From the IMG/VR virus record IMGVR_UViG_3300031951_000014: a stretch of DNA of 64,000 nucleotides; one strand, 5' to 3'. Made by a program: the position numbers and the translations under genes. The DNA is from a virus. A model generated the notes under the pieces. It was not told where the DNA came from. It searched no databases and worked only from the letters and a program-made list of their open reading frames with translations. Shown here one piece after another: positions 40,001 to 49,166 of the stretch; within the stretch, counting starts at the first letter, position 1, and the number at the start of each line of letters is the position of its first letter.

Positions 40001-41362
40001 AGTTCAGTTCCTACGAGTAGTTCAGTAGCACCGGAACCAGAACCAGGGACAACAACCACAGAGCCAGTGGTAGTAGTCGTCCCTGTATCGCCTGAGCCAG
40101 AGACCACAGTCCCAGAAGACACCACCCCAGCCACAGAAGAGACGCTGCCTGAAGAAACAGAAACAACAACTGTAGAAGAAGATACAACGACGACAGAACC
40201 TGAAACAGAATCAACTGAACCTCCTGTAGACACTATACCAGATGAAACAACTGATTTCACTGACGAAGAAATAAATAATATTATTGAAGACATAGATATT
40301 ACTTCTTCGGAGGAAGTGGCCACAGTACTAGAAGACATTTTTGCTTCTGATATATCTGCTGAACAATTAACAGAGGTACTCGATACTGTGTTTACTGCAG
40401 ATGCAGATGCAGAAGTATTAGTGGCAGCTCTTGATACAGTGTTGTCAGCTGACGTTTCTGTAGAAGAATTTGCTGCAGTTCTTGACGCTGTGTTTGATGA
40501 GCCATTATCTGACGAACAGTTTACTGCAGTTATAGATTCTATTATCACAGAAGATATAACAGACGAACAATTTACTGAAGTTTTGAATGTTCTTGAATCC
40601 GATACTGTATCTGAAGAACAAGTTGCTGAAGCTGTTGATGCAGTACTTGAAAACGGTGTAACAGAAGACCAGGCAACCGCCCTTGCTAGCAGTTCTAAAG
40701 TTCTCGAAAGTATTGACACCACTCAAGCAGAGGCTGTGTTCGAAACCATCCCAGTTGAAGACTTAACCGCAACAGAAGAAGCAGCTCTCGTTGAAGCCGT
40801 AACTAATGCTCCTGAGGAAATTAAAGAAACTTTTGAAGAGACCATTGACGTGTATGGTGAGGGTCTGGATGATTACGTGCCAGTCGGCTCACAGGTTGAC
40901 GTAGGAGCTCGTAGAACGCTTATAGCAGCCACCACAGCGGTTGCTGGCGTTGCTGCAGCTGCAGCCACTGGGGGGCCTTCTGGAGGCTCTACAGGAGGCT
41001 CTGGAAGCGGTTCTGGAGGATCTGGTAGTTCTAGCCCAGAAGGACGCAGTAGGAGAGAAGAAGAGGGAGAAGAGCCAGCTGGAGAAATAGCAGGCTTGGA
41101 TGACGAAGACGACGAAGAATATACAAGAAACAGCATATTTAATTATTACCTGGAGGAGGGTACATGGAAGAGAAAAATAAGTTGGTTCGGACTAGTAAGA
41201 AAGTTCGTTAATGAAACAGCTGCACTATCATTCACGTTAGCTGGTAGCGTTGTTGTATTCATTACATTGTCCGGCGACACAAGAAAGACAGCCATGATAG
41301 CAACAGGCGTTGCCCTAGCTGTCCACTACATACATGTTCTTTTAAAAAACGACGAGGCTTAA
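37061..41362 (+). CDS. Giant secreted, membrane-anchored repeat protein (1433 aa): signal peptide, fibronectin/PKD-like domains, parallel beta-helix domain, Ser/Thr/Glu-rich stalk, C-terminal TM
   Basis: N-terminal hydrophobic signal (AAWIFVPLFLIGSFVPPSGPAQA), SSTTTTTSSSVPTSSS and VSEEQ/LTTE-type repeats, C-terminal LAGSVVVFITLSGD..IATGVALAVHYI. Confidence 0.7.
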   Translation: MNILNRLRYAFTRKAAWIFVPLFLIGSFVPPSGPAQATFSTNTKISGDQAFLQGEFAEVGVRANGAFGSTSVPSGFNQNPSNCLGFRVDREMDGWGVTTDDGDFFCPGSPFEGWQMKVAGSVGKNDNGQTGIAGAVSDIQNSGSSQCVSWSSASPYNGVSVSQRYCVPTAGQALHTDVTLTNTTSSAISDVFFGRGFDPDNATGSGSMTCAGSTGNTTTFQSCNAVTGQGAEAQATARWGNGAFIALQSFDARARVARQTGGFSSPDPADIWNAGNTLATSGAYLGNIGEIYADAGIYVALNVPTLGAGASTSFRISYVLSADGNNAPVLGAPVVSGIGQTSATVASTVNPKGFSTTAELVYSTDSSFTTSSSVSMGTFTGSDELAASAEITGLDPSQTYYAKIVATNETGTTESAVFDFDTLAATAPIVSSEEPTVTVDDGPVTLSGTLNPNGFSSTAVFQYSTTADFSGTVVDIPVSGTFTGTSLSTVSTVVSGLTGSTTYYFRLKVTNASGSAYGSTLSFVPNDIPAPTSLVVTSLEDTTANGTLRWAITQANATAGGIYDSITFSVDGTITLASALPQITQNVTITGNGRTQTIIDGNNLYRIFNVPSGKSLTVSDMTLKQGQNVYGGLIYNSQGTVVATNIRFTAMTGGSAVWNNAAGSTATYTNCTFDYLSIGIGGDHGSTPQLPAGVTTWADQTDSAFQNKTYVNNCVFSNNGSGINTQRFTKVQNSTFTNNSYAVNIQGLNRGQVLNSTFTNNGIGVYHNGWIPPTFNMGTDNRLISGNTFTTNAIAIYLDDTYNNGQKNQSWSTVTGNSWDASGVWIRHYQWNGTTQVEGTARPYTTGTVFTQSSNTFPDTIGAPSNLTVTDTGSEILLDWDAPTTGGYLPERYAISLNTAGQSGWGVATGNVGDTNALNTNYTIGYSLLESLMPSGTTWLFHIRSDNDTFGKYSANSNTVSIQVGVSSSTTTTSSSVPTSSSVPTSSSVAPEPEPGTTTTEPVVVVVPVSPEPETTVPEDTTPATEETLPEETETTTVEEDTTTTEPETESTEPPVDTIPDETTDFTDEEINNIIEDIDITSSEEVATVLEDIFASDISAEQLTEVLDTVFTADADAEVLVAALDTVLSADVSVEEFAAVLDAVFDEPLSDEQFTAVIDSIITEDITDEQFTEVLNVLESDTVSEEQVAEAVDAVLENGVTEDQATALASSSKVLESIDTTQAEAVFETIPVEDLTATEEAALVEAVTNAPEEIKETFEETIDVYGEGLDDYVPVGSQVDVGARRTLIAATTAVAGVAAAAATGGPSGGSTGGSGSGSGGSGSSSPEGRSRREEEGEEPAGEIAGLDDEDDEEYTRNSIFNYYLEEGTWKRKISWFGLVRKFVNETAALSFTLAGSVVVFITLSGDTRKTAMIATGVALAVHYIHVLLKNDEA

Positions 41363-41524
41363 ATGAGTAGAATACTTTCTGCAGTAAAGGATCCTAAAAC
41401 AGAAGAGATAAAACTTTCTGTTGAAAATTTTTTAAAAGAAGTATCTAAAGCTGAAAGAGAGTTATTTTCTCACCAAGAAGTGGAGAACATGTTATTAGAT
41501 CTATATAATCTAATAAAAAAATAA
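41363..41524 (+). CDS. Small protein (53 aa), not in the supplied ORF track
   Basis: MSRILSAVKDPKTEEIKLSVENFLKEVSKAERELFSHQEVENMLLDLYNLIKK. Confidence 0.5.
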   Translation: MSRILSAVKDPKTEEIKLSVENFLKEVSKAERELFSHQEVENMLLDLYNLIKK

Positions 41525-41525
41525 A

Positions 41526-41600
41526 AATCCCTATATAGGGAAAAAGTTCAAAAATGGAAAACCCCCTTAAAAATTTTTTCTCATTTTAACCCTATATAGG
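41526..41600. promoter_or_regulatory. Duplicated palindrome CCCTATATAGG(G) flanking a spacer
   Basis: tccctatataggga at ~41527 and accctatatagga at ~41589. Confidence 0.4.
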
Positions 41601-41632
41601 AATTTTAAAATGAAATATGGTATTATATAAAT

Positions 41633-42265
41633 ATGGCAATTATTCCAAATAAAAGTGGATATATCTATGAAGGCAGCAAAGATCTACTCATAGATACTGA
41701 CGATGTTAAAAATATTTACTTAATTGAAAATTTTATCTCAGAAGAAGATTTACTCACTATTGACAAAGGAATTAAAGATGGAAACTTTGTCATAGATAAA
41801 TATAAAATGCATGAATACCCTTTAAGGGCCTATTTGGTCCAAGATTGTCATCCAGACGATCCAAACTTTAATCAAAATACCAGAGACTTACTAGAAGTAC
41901 TTATTAAGTATAGGGACAAGGTTCAACTTCTTCTGGAAGAAACATTTGAATGTGAATTAGAAAAATCTGAAATAAACAGCATTACCGAATATAGAACAGG
42001 CTCTATGCTAAATGAGCACGCAGATAAGATCTGTGAATCTTGGAGAGATGTCAGCAATATACTATATTATAATGATAACTACACTGGTGGAGAAATATTT
42101 TTTAGCCAGTACGATCTTGAATTCAAGCCAAAAGCTGGTTCAGTGTTAATATTCCCAGCAGGTGGAAATTACGCTCATGGCGTAAATCCAGTAACATCTG
42201 GTGATCGTTATGTCACAACAACTTTTTGGGTTGTAAAAAAATGGCTAAATAAGCCGTACTCTTAG
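41633..42265 (+). CDS. 2OG-Fe(II) oxygenase (prolyl-4-hydroxylase-like)
   Basis: SITEYRTGSMLNEHADKICESWRDVSNILYYNDNYTGGEIFFSQYDLEFKPKAGSVLIFPAGGNYAHGVNPVTSGDRYVTTTFWV. Confidence 0.85.
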   Translation: MAIIPNKSGYIYEGSKDLLIDTDDVKNIYLIENFISEEDLLTIDKGIKDGNFVIDKYKMHEYPLRAYLVQDCHPDDPNFNQNTRDLLEVLIKYRDKVQLLLEETFECELEKSEINSITEYRTGSMLNEHADKICESWRDVSNILYYNDNYTGGEIFFSQYDLEFKPKAGSVLIFPAGGNYAHGVNPVTSGDRYVTTTFWVVKKWLNKPYS

Positions 42266-42525
42266 TCTTCTAATTCTTCTTCTTTAGAATTACGACCAGT
42301 AGATATCATTAGGCCAGCAAGTGTTCCAGTGATAAAGGTGGCAACGCTAGAAAGAACTCCAAAAAACATTTTGTCATTTTCAGCTTGAGCGCCAATTGGC
42401 TGTGTGACAAACACTAATGCGTATAAAACACCAATTGTTGTTAGTGTTAAAACACCAGCCAAAACACATCCAACAACAAATTTTAATCGAGCATCAAGTT
42501 CTTCGGGTGTTAGTCTTTTTTTCAT
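42262..42525 (-). CDS. Small membrane protein
   Basis: MKKRLTPEELDARLKFVVGCVLAGVLTLTTIGVLYAL...FITGTLAGLMIS within ORF 42262..42618. Confidence 0.55.
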   Translation of the reverse strand: MKKRLTPEELDARLKFVVGCVLAGVLTLTTIGVLYALVFVTQPIGAQAENDKMFFGVLSSVATFITGTLAGLMISTGRNSKEEELED

Positions 42526-42755
42526 GGCGCTACCGTTTCTTGTGTAGGTGTTTCTATTGTTGTTTCGCTTGGATCGAAACCAAGCAATGTTTCTGTGCAC
42601 ATTCCATCTACTAGACATAATGGTGGATTACACTCCTCTGCTTCCCAATTCTCTGGATCTTGACACTCATATCTATAGCTTCCGTCATAGCCGCAGGCTG
42701 AAACTGCAATCAGCATGATTGGAAGCAGTTTAATTAATCGTGATGACTTGTACAT
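42522..42755 (-). CDS. Small lipoprotein
   Basis: Lipobox IMLIAVSAC after hydrophobic signal. Confidence 0.6.
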   Translation of the reverse strand: MYKSSRLIKLLPIMLIAVSACGYDGSYRYECQDPENWEAEECNPPLCLVDGMCTETLLGFDPSETTIETPTQETVAP

Positions 42756-42858
42756 GCACTATAACCCATTAATTCGTTGCAAGTACAACTGTTCAAACAT
42801 GAGGTTTCACAATCGCAATGTGCGCATTTGCACTCAGACTTTTCATGATTTTGACGCA

Positions 42859-43110
42859 TCATTCGCCTGCTTTTTTAACCTTTTTGTCTACTTGATTAAA
42901 TACCTGATTAATTTCAGCAACTGAAAGTTTCCCGTCGTCTAAAAAAGCTCTTGAAAGACCTTCAATTACGGTTGCTACTCCAGCAATCCCTGCCATAAAA
43001 ACTGCTTTCCAAAGTGGCACTCCGGCTATTGTACCAGCACCAATTACGCCAAGACCAGACGCTGCAAAAGTTGCAACAATACGCATTATTATATTCTTTA
43101 TTTGCTCCAC
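42859..43110 (-). CDS. Candidate holin
   Basis: Short, TM-rich FAASGLGVIGAGTIAGVPLWKAVFMAGIAGVATVIEGLSRAFLDDGKLS. Confidence 0.6.
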   Translation of the reverse strand: MEQIKNIIMRIVATFAASGLGVIGAGTIAGVPLWKAVFMAGIAGVATVIEGLSRAFLDDGKLSVAEINQVFNQVDKKVKKAGE

Positions 43111-43155
43111 AAAATCCCCTTCAAATTAAAGTATTATAGGGGATATAGTAACGAT

Positions 43156-44361
43156 TTATTTAGGCAGTCCCAACACTTTTTCTGCAATGATATTTCTTTG
43201 TATTTCAGAAGAGCCCGCATAGATTATCTCTGATCTAGCGTTTAAAAATGTCATAATCCAACTCATCGAAGAGTTTTCTGAACCTATATCATCTGTTATC
43301 AACAGGTTTGATGGCTTTCTTCCCTCTAAGATCATGGCTTCTGCACCTAGTATTTCAGTAGAAAGCTCCAAAACTTCTTGGTGATACTCACTCCAAGCTA
43401 ATTTGGCTATTGCGGATTCTGGACCCAATTGAGCACCGTGTAAATATTTTGATAATGTTCTTAGACCAGACCATTTTAAAATTTGGACTTTTGAGTAGCA
43501 TGCTGCCAACGAATCTCGTATAATTGGGCTCAAATTAGTTTTGTTTTGCTGTGCTAGTCTAATTAATTTTTGGATCTCTTCTTCAAGAAGAATTGGGAGT
43601 ACTGACGCATTGCCACCTCTCTCATGGCCCAAAAGAGTCATAGCAACTGCCCAACCATTGTTTATCTCACCAAGGATCTCTTCCTCTTTTACTACAACGT
43701 CCCTATAAAATACTTCATTAAATTCTTTATAGCCAGACAACATATTTATTGGTCTTACCTCAAGACCCGGTTGATTCATATCAACTAAAAAAAATGTTAA
43801 TCCCTTATGCCTGCCCATAGTGCTATCAGTTCTAGCTAAGGTCATTATATGATTAGACGTCATCGCAGAGGAGGTCCATATCTTCTGGCCATTTAAGATC
43901 CAAGCATCTCCGTATTTTTTGGCGGACAAAGATATATTAGCTAAATCACTTCCTGCATTTGGTTCACTAAAACCCTGAGACCAAACATGTTCTCCAGATA
44001 TAATTTTTGGTAAGTAGTATTCTTTCTGCGCTTCTGTGCCAAGAAGCAGAAGTGTATTCCCTAACATTCTGATACTCATAGAATCATTGATACTTCCCAT
44101 TGGAACGCCAGCTTTTGTAAATTCTTCAGCAATTATTACATGTTCCATCGGAGAGGCGTCGGCCCCCCCGTACTTTTTGGGCCAAGTTGGGGCTAAAAAT
44201 GTTGTAGTTGAAAGCTTTTTTCTCCACTGTAAAACAAATTCATTAAATTCTTTTTCATTTAATTTTCCCATTCCAGCCCAATCTTTTGGGAGGTTATTGG
44301 ATAAAAAAGTTTTAACTACATTTCTGTATTCTTCTGCTTCAGCAGAATAAACTGGTTTCAT
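43156..44361 (-). CDS. Acyl-CoA dehydrogenase
   Basis: VWSQGFSEPNAGSDLANI...GQKIWTS...LGHERGG...YAGSSEIQRNIIAEKVLGLP. Confidence 0.9.
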   Translation of the reverse strand: MKPVYSAEAEEYRNVVKTFLSNNLPKDWAGMGKLNEKEFNEFVLQWRKKLSTTTFLAPTWPKKYGGADASPMEHVIIAEEFTKAGVPMGSINDSMSIRMLGNTLLLLGTEAQKEYYLPKIISGEHVWSQGFSEPNAGSDLANISLSAKKYGDAWILNGQKIWTSSAMTSNHIMTLARTDSTMGRHKGLTFFLVDMNQPGLEVRPINMLSGYKEFNEVFYRDVVVKEEEILGEINNGWAVAMTLLGHERGGNASVLPILLEEEIQKLIRLAQQNKTNLSPIIRDSLAACYSKVQILKWSGLRTLSKYLHGAQLGPESAIAKLAWSEYHQEVLELSTEILGAEAMILEGRKPSNLLITDDIGSENSSMSWIMTFLNARSEIIYAGSSEIQRNIIAEKVLGLPK

Positions 44362-44362
44362 T

Positions 44363-45526
44363 TTAGTACCTCGACATTTTGAGCCAATAAGACCAGTAGG
44401 AGTCTGTTTTCAAACGATTTATTTTCCAATTACTAAGAATTTGATCTTTTTCAAGGAAGCAACCATGGATATTTCTCTCACCTTCAGTTGCACTATACTC
44501 TGATCGCCCATGCAAGATCCTAGTATTATCTATCATATAAAGATCGCCTTGGTTCATCTTTATTTTTAATTGGTACTTTTGATGCTCTCGCATTTTCCCA
44601 AATTGTTGATACGCAGCATAAAAATCGTACATTTTTTCTGGAGGCAAATTAAATGGCTGACTTGAGTGATTAGAATATCTAATACAATTAATTTGTCCAA
44701 TAGAATCTAATTCTATTATTGTTTTTATAGATTCAAAAATGTTGTTATTATCTTTTAAATAAAAATGAATTGGAGTTTTTGCAAGAAGCTCAAAATGTTC
44801 TGGATACAGAACTCTCATATCTTCTGCGATTTTAAAACCATCGCATAAAGTAGATTCTCCACCTTTTGTAGTATTTTTAGTGAATAAACTTATCTGCGCT
44901 GTAGCTATTGGGTCCCTATAAGGATCATCTGTGTGTCCAAATAAGGCATGGTTTGTATATGCAACACTATTAGCATCAGCGTATGATTTCACATGATAAG
45001 TCCTACCCCAATTTGTTTCTCTAATGTATCCAAAAAAATCAACTATATCCAATACGTCAACATGTGGTACTGGAATATTTTTTATAAAAATAATTCCGTA
45101 TTGGTAAAATCCTTCTATTATTTTTGATAAGTTTTCTTTTGAACTTGAATTTTTTTCAGAAAGAAAAGAATAATCAAATGTAGGAATAGCATTATAGTTT
45201 GATCTATCCCATAAAAATATTGGATCTTTTGCGTAACCATTGTTATTAGAATAATCGTATTTTTTTAACCATTCAAAAGAAAATAAACTTATATGGCCAT
45301 CTTTCCAGTAAATTTTTAATTCTTTATCAGAAAATATTGTTTCTTGTGGCTTTATATCTAAAGGTAGGTTAGATGTTTCTACTAGTCTATGGTTAGTTTG
45401 AGAGTGCCTGCAGCAAGAGCAATTGTCTCTTAACCAGATGTAATGATATATGCTATGACCATTATCGGGCCATTGTATTTTAATTGATATATCAGTATTT
45501 TCTATTAGCTTAGGTGCCTGCTTCAT
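44363..45526 (-). CDS. Gamma-butyrobetaine hydroxylase-like TauD-fold 2OG dioxygenase
   Basis: YIWLRDNCSCCRH; GHTDDPYRDPIATAQISLF; MIDNTRILHGRSEYS. Confidence 0.88.
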   Translation of the reverse strand: MKQAPKLIENTDISIKIQWPDNGHSIYHYIWLRDNCSCCRHSQTNHRLVETSNLPLDIKPQETIFSDKELKIYWKDGHISLFSFEWLKKYDYSNNNGYAKDPIFLWDRSNYNAIPTFDYSFLSEKNSSSKENLSKIIEGFYQYGIIFIKNIPVPHVDVLDIVDFFGYIRETNWGRTYHVKSYADANSVAYTNHALFGHTDDPYRDPIATAQISLFTKNTTKGGESTLCDGFKIAEDMRVLYPEHFELLAKTPIHFYLKDNNNIFESIKTIIELDSIGQINCIRYSNHSSQPFNLPPEKMYDFYAAYQQFGKMREHQKYQLKIKMNQGDLYMIDNTRILHGRSEYSATEGERNIHGCFLEKDQILSNWKINRLKTDSYWSYWLKMSRY

Positions 45527-45552
45527 ATGTTCCTTTGAGGAAGGTGTTAATT

Positions 45553-46251
45553 TTATTTATATAAGTCAATAGCAGAAGATTTATCAGAATGATAAAATCC
45601 AGTTTTATGACTTACAATATTTCCATTAATTATACCATAATGACCAATAATAGACTTTCTTAAAATATTTTCGTCTACTGGGTCTGAACCTCTATGTATC
45701 AAATGACCATTCCATATGATTAAATCACCTTTATCTGGCAAAAAAGAATATGCTAAAGCTTCTCGCTTTAAAGACTCTTGTATTAAAAGATTGCTAACTT
45801 GATCTTTATTTGATTTATCATAAATTAGGTTGTAGTCAATATCCCAATTGTGTGAACCAGGGATAAACTGAAATGGGCCAGAATTAGGATCAATTTTATC
45901 CAGTGCTACCCATACTCCGAAATAGTTGTTTGCGCCTTGTTTATCAGCTTTTGTCCAATCCTGATGCCAAGCTTTTCTAGTTGAAACCCAACTAGTAAAA
46001 GATAAATGAAGGACAATATTATTATTTAACAACTTTAAAAAATTAAATATATTTTCATGACATAATATATCTAATATTTCTTTATGGTTCATGTAAGAAC
46101 TTGAGCTAGTCCAACCATGATAATTTAATATCTGCCCATTTTGTGAGTGGTGATCTAACCAAAGTTTTTCATACTGATTTATTAAAGTTTCAGGAATCGC
46201 ATTTTTTAAAATAGCATAGCCATTTTTTTCGTAGAATTCTACGGTGTTCAT
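45553..46251 (-). CDS. Phytanoyl-CoA dioxygenase (PhyH) family protein
   Basis: AWHQDWTKADKQG...FGVWVALDKIDPNSGPFQFIPGSHNWD...IWNGHLIHRGSDPV. Confidence 0.85.
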   Translation of the reverse strand: MNTVEFYEKNGYAILKNAIPETLINQYEKLWLDHHSQNGQILNYHGWTSSSSYMNHKEILDILCHENIFNFLKLLNNNIVLHLSFTSWVSTRKAWHQDWTKADKQGANNYFGVWVALDKIDPNSGPFQFIPGSHNWDIDYNLIYDKSNKDQVSNLLIQESLKREALAYSFLPDKGDLIIWNGHLIHRGSDPVDENILRKSIIGHYGIINGNIVSHKTGFYHSDKSSAIDLYK

Positions 46252-46347
46252 TTTGTTCCTGGATCTACATTAAGTTTTTCTAAAAACTCTTTTTCTTTCT
46301 TCCATAATTCTTCAAGCTTTTCTTGAAGAGTTAGATAGTCTAACTCA

Positions 46348-46593
46348 TTATGGTTCGATGAAGATACATTCTCCTGGGCATTCTTCTGCTGCTTCAACTA
46401 CGTCTCCTAATCTTTCTTCCGAAAAAGATGCCAGACCAGCGGCTCCTTGTGGGTTTCCCACAGCTTCCGCATAAATTTTGGTTCCTTCTTTGACATATGC
46501 AAGACCATCCGGCATCATATGGAATACATCTGGCGCTATCTCTGCACATAGTCCATCTCCAGTGCATAAGTCTTGATCAATCCAAACTTTCAT
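46348..46593 (-). CDS. Single-cluster bacterial ferredoxin (P450-associated [3Fe-4S]/[4Fe-4S] type)
   Basis: KVWIDQDLCTGDGLCAEIAPDVFHM...AAEECPGECIFIE. Confidence 0.85.
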   Translation of the reverse strand: MKVWIDQDLCTGDGLCAEIAPDVFHMMPDGLAYVKEGTKIYAEAVGNPQGAAGLASFSEERLGDVVEAAEECPGECIFIEP

Positions 46594-47000
46594 TACTTTT
46601 TAATCAATTCTTCTGGGATAATCCAAAGCTTACAAATAGCCATTGGCTCTATTTTGCCAGAGACTATTTCACATCCGCCACCACCGATAAAATAAACGCA
46701 ATTAGCACAAGCCATTCCTTTATCTTTGAAAGGGTTAGCTGATGCTGGCGCATAGTGTGCACCATTAGCTTTTGCGGTTTGGTTAAATTTACCATGCATC
46801 TCTACGACTTCTTCATAGAGTTCATACATCATTTTTTGACGATTATTTAACTTTGATTCTGGGCCTTCTTCTTCATCGCCGTCTTCTTCTTCGTCTTCAG
46901 GCATTTCTTCATCGTCATCTGATTTATTGTACGCAGCTTCGTTAATTGTTTTTAATTTATAGACTTGGTAGTCTAAATTTGAGAGCCAAACATTTTTCAT
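46593..47000 (-). CDS. Cys-cluster protein with acidic stretch; paralogous to the next gene
   Basis: MACANCVYFIGGGGCEIVSGKIEPMAICKLWIIPEEL. Confidence 0.55.
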   Translation of the reverse strand: MKNVWLSNLDYQVYKLKTINEAAYNKSDDDEEMPEDEEEDGDEEEGPESKLNNRQKMMYELYEEVVEMHGKFNQTAKANGAHYAPASANPFKDKGMACANCVYFIGGGGCEIVSGKIEPMAICKLWIIPEELIKK

Positions 47001-47329
47001 TCTCTATCACCTTGAGTAACTAATCCATCTGGAATTGCTGCAAGGCGGCAAAGACCACCAAGTTCAATTTCTTGAGCTACAATTTTACATGTTGTTTCTG
47101 ATTCACGTAAATAGCAGTTTTTGCACATAACGCCCATTTCAGCATTGTCGTTTTCAGCAGCTGGAGTGTATCCAACCCAAATGCCCTTACCGTCATTATT
47201 AGCAAGTTTGCCATATTTTGCAGCAATGGACAACAAAGCGTTGGCAAACTCAAGTTCCGGTAGCGGCATGCTTGCCATCTCTTTTTGTTCAAGATTTTCT
47301 AAAAATTCTGCTAGCCAATAAATAGACAT
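46997..47329 (-). CDS. Cys-cluster protein (paralogue)
   Basis: MGVMCKNCYLRESETTCKIVAQEIELGGLCRLAAIPDGLV. Confidence 0.55.
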   Translation of the reverse strand: MSIYWLAEFLENLEQKEMASMPLPELEFANALLSIAAKYGKLANNDGKGIWVGYTPAAENDNAEMGVMCKNCYLRESETTCKIVAQEIELGGLCRLAAIPDGLVTQGDRE

Positions 47330-47392
47330 ATTTACTCCATTTTAGTTAAAATTATATAATAATAGTACTACAGTTTTTGTTTTTGCGCAAAA

Positions 47393-49147
47393 TTAACCAT
47401 CAGACATTAAGCTTCTTCTCAAATTTGAAGCTTCATCTGGGCCCATTGGGCCATCTGGCTGATTTCCAATTTTATCTCTACCTTTACCTATAGCAAAACC
47501 AGCTACAGAAAGCAATGCTGCGGTTCCTGCAAGTCTAAGATTTTTTCCATTTTTTGCTGCTGATATAACACTTCCCGCTAAACCCTCACTAGCATCAAGT
47601 ATTTCCATAGTAGTTCTTCCTGGAGCTTTTCCTGTAACACTAGTTATTCCTTCAACAAGTTTTTTCTTGAAAGCAGTATCAACTGGCGCTTTGCCAGCAG
47701 CACTTCTAAATCTAGCATTATCTGTTTCTATGATATTTTCTAATAATTGTTCTTGAGCTTTTTCTTTTTCTTTTTCAACTCTTTCTTCTACTTTTTTAGT
47801 TGGATCCATCTTTTCTTTAGCTTTTTCTGCTAAAGCTTCTGAAGCTTCTTTTGGTGAAGTGGCAACGCTTAGAGCGTCGTCTAAAACGCCACTCATATCA
47901 ATTTTTTTATCATCTATGTCTGATCCACCTTTTGCCGCATCTTTTGTTTCAATAACTTTTCCGGCTTTTAATGGTATTCTTTTTCTTTCTTTAGCGATTG
48001 GTTCTTCAGCCTTTTTTACAGGTGTTCCAACTTTAAGGACTGGTCTACCATCTTTTGTTGTTTCAATAATAGCTTTTGGTGCAGGTTGAGTTACATCTGC
48101 TTTTTCAACTGGACCGGTTACAGTTATATCTGCTTTTTTAACCGGAGTAGCTACAGCTGCAGTAACAGCTTTTGCTTCTTCAGATGTTTTTGCAATTTTT
48201 GTTGTTATTGGGTCAGGAGCTCTAGATGGCCTAGTGTTGCCATAAACTATTTCTTCGTCCATTTCTTTAGAGTACGGGCTAGGGGGTATCGCTCCAGACA
48301 CTCTTCTTTCAAATACGTCTTCTATTGTTGCATAAGGTGACTTATATCCAGGCGAACCATGCAAAATCTCTTGAAATGCTGGCTCTGCTGCCAAAACATT
48401 ATTAATCCTTTGTGCTTCTCTTTCGGAAACTTTTCCAGAAACAGAATATTTGGATTCTGTTGGACCAGATGATGATTCGCGAAAATTTGGAGTCCCATCT
48501 GGATTTATATCAGCATAATCTGTGGTAAATCTACCAGAAACAAAACCAGATAGTGGTGCATTTTTTGCCCCAGTTGATCCAAGCCCAGCCCTATAAGTAC
48601 GATCTCCTTGGGACTGCAGCATTCCGCCTACTCTTTCATTGAGAGCGGTTATAACTTGATCTCTTCTTTCTAAAGTTTGTGGATAGGCTGTAAGATGTCT
48701 GCCTTGACGATACCCTCCAGAAAGTTTGTACTGCATTCCAAGATCTTCCATGACGCCCATAGTTTCAAGCACTGGCAACGGATGCATGTATTTTTGTTGT
48801 CCACCAATTGTACCAATGAGCCCTGCCCCATCAAGTTTTTTAGATGGATTTCCAATAAAAGCATTTTTAAACTCATCATAAGACATACCAACTTTGCCAA
48901 GTAAGGTGTCCATTTCTTTGGCAGTTTTTGCATCAGTTATTTCACCAGTTGCAGATCTACCCATGGCATAAAAGAAATCGTCTAAAGCAATTTGCTTTTC
49001 AAAGTCAGCGTGGATTTTCCAACCATGGTTAATATCTATACCACTAGCACCGACCATACCAAAACGACTATCAACTTTTCCAGAAGGATTCTGAAATTGT
49101 TGGCCAGCAAGACCTATCTGTATTGCACGATGCGGAGTTTTTGCCAT
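47393..49147 (-). CDS. Large hypothetical structural/virion protein, 584 aa
   Basis: Long ORF with low-complexity KKxE-rich middle. Confidence 0.55.
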   Translation of the reverse strand: MAKTPHRAIQIGLAGQQFQNPSGKVDSRFGMVGASGIDINHGWKIHADFEKQIALDDFFYAMGRSATGEITDAKTAKEMDTLLGKVGMSYDEFKNAFIGNPSKKLDGAGLIGTIGGQQKYMHPLPVLETMGVMEDLGMQYKLSGGYRQGRHLTAYPQTLERRDQVITALNERVGGMLQSQGDRTYRAGLGSTGAKNAPLSGFVSGRFTTDYADINPDGTPNFRESSSGPTESKYSVSGKVSEREAQRINNVLAAEPAFQEILHGSPGYKSPYATIEDVFERRVSGAIPPSPYSKEMDEEIVYGNTRPSRAPDPITTKIAKTSEEAKAVTAAVATPVKKADITVTGPVEKADVTQPAPKAIIETTKDGRPVLKVGTPVKKAEEPIAKERKRIPLKAGKVIETKDAAKGGSDIDDKKIDMSGVLDDALSVATSPKEASEALAEKAKEKMDPTKKVEERVEKEKEKAQEQLLENIIETDNARFRSAAGKAPVDTAFKKKLVEGITSVTGKAPGRTTMEILDASEGLAGSVISAAKNGKNLRLAGTAALLSVAGFAIGKGRDKIGNQPDGPMGPDEASNLRRSLMSDG

Positions 49148-49166
49148 TAAAATATCCTTTTAAAAA

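Noticed and set aside
40011-40722. Antisense ORFs (39883..40722 - and others) inside the giant gene
   Set aside because: Ser/Val/Thr-rich reverse translation of the acidic repeat region; no start context or family signal.
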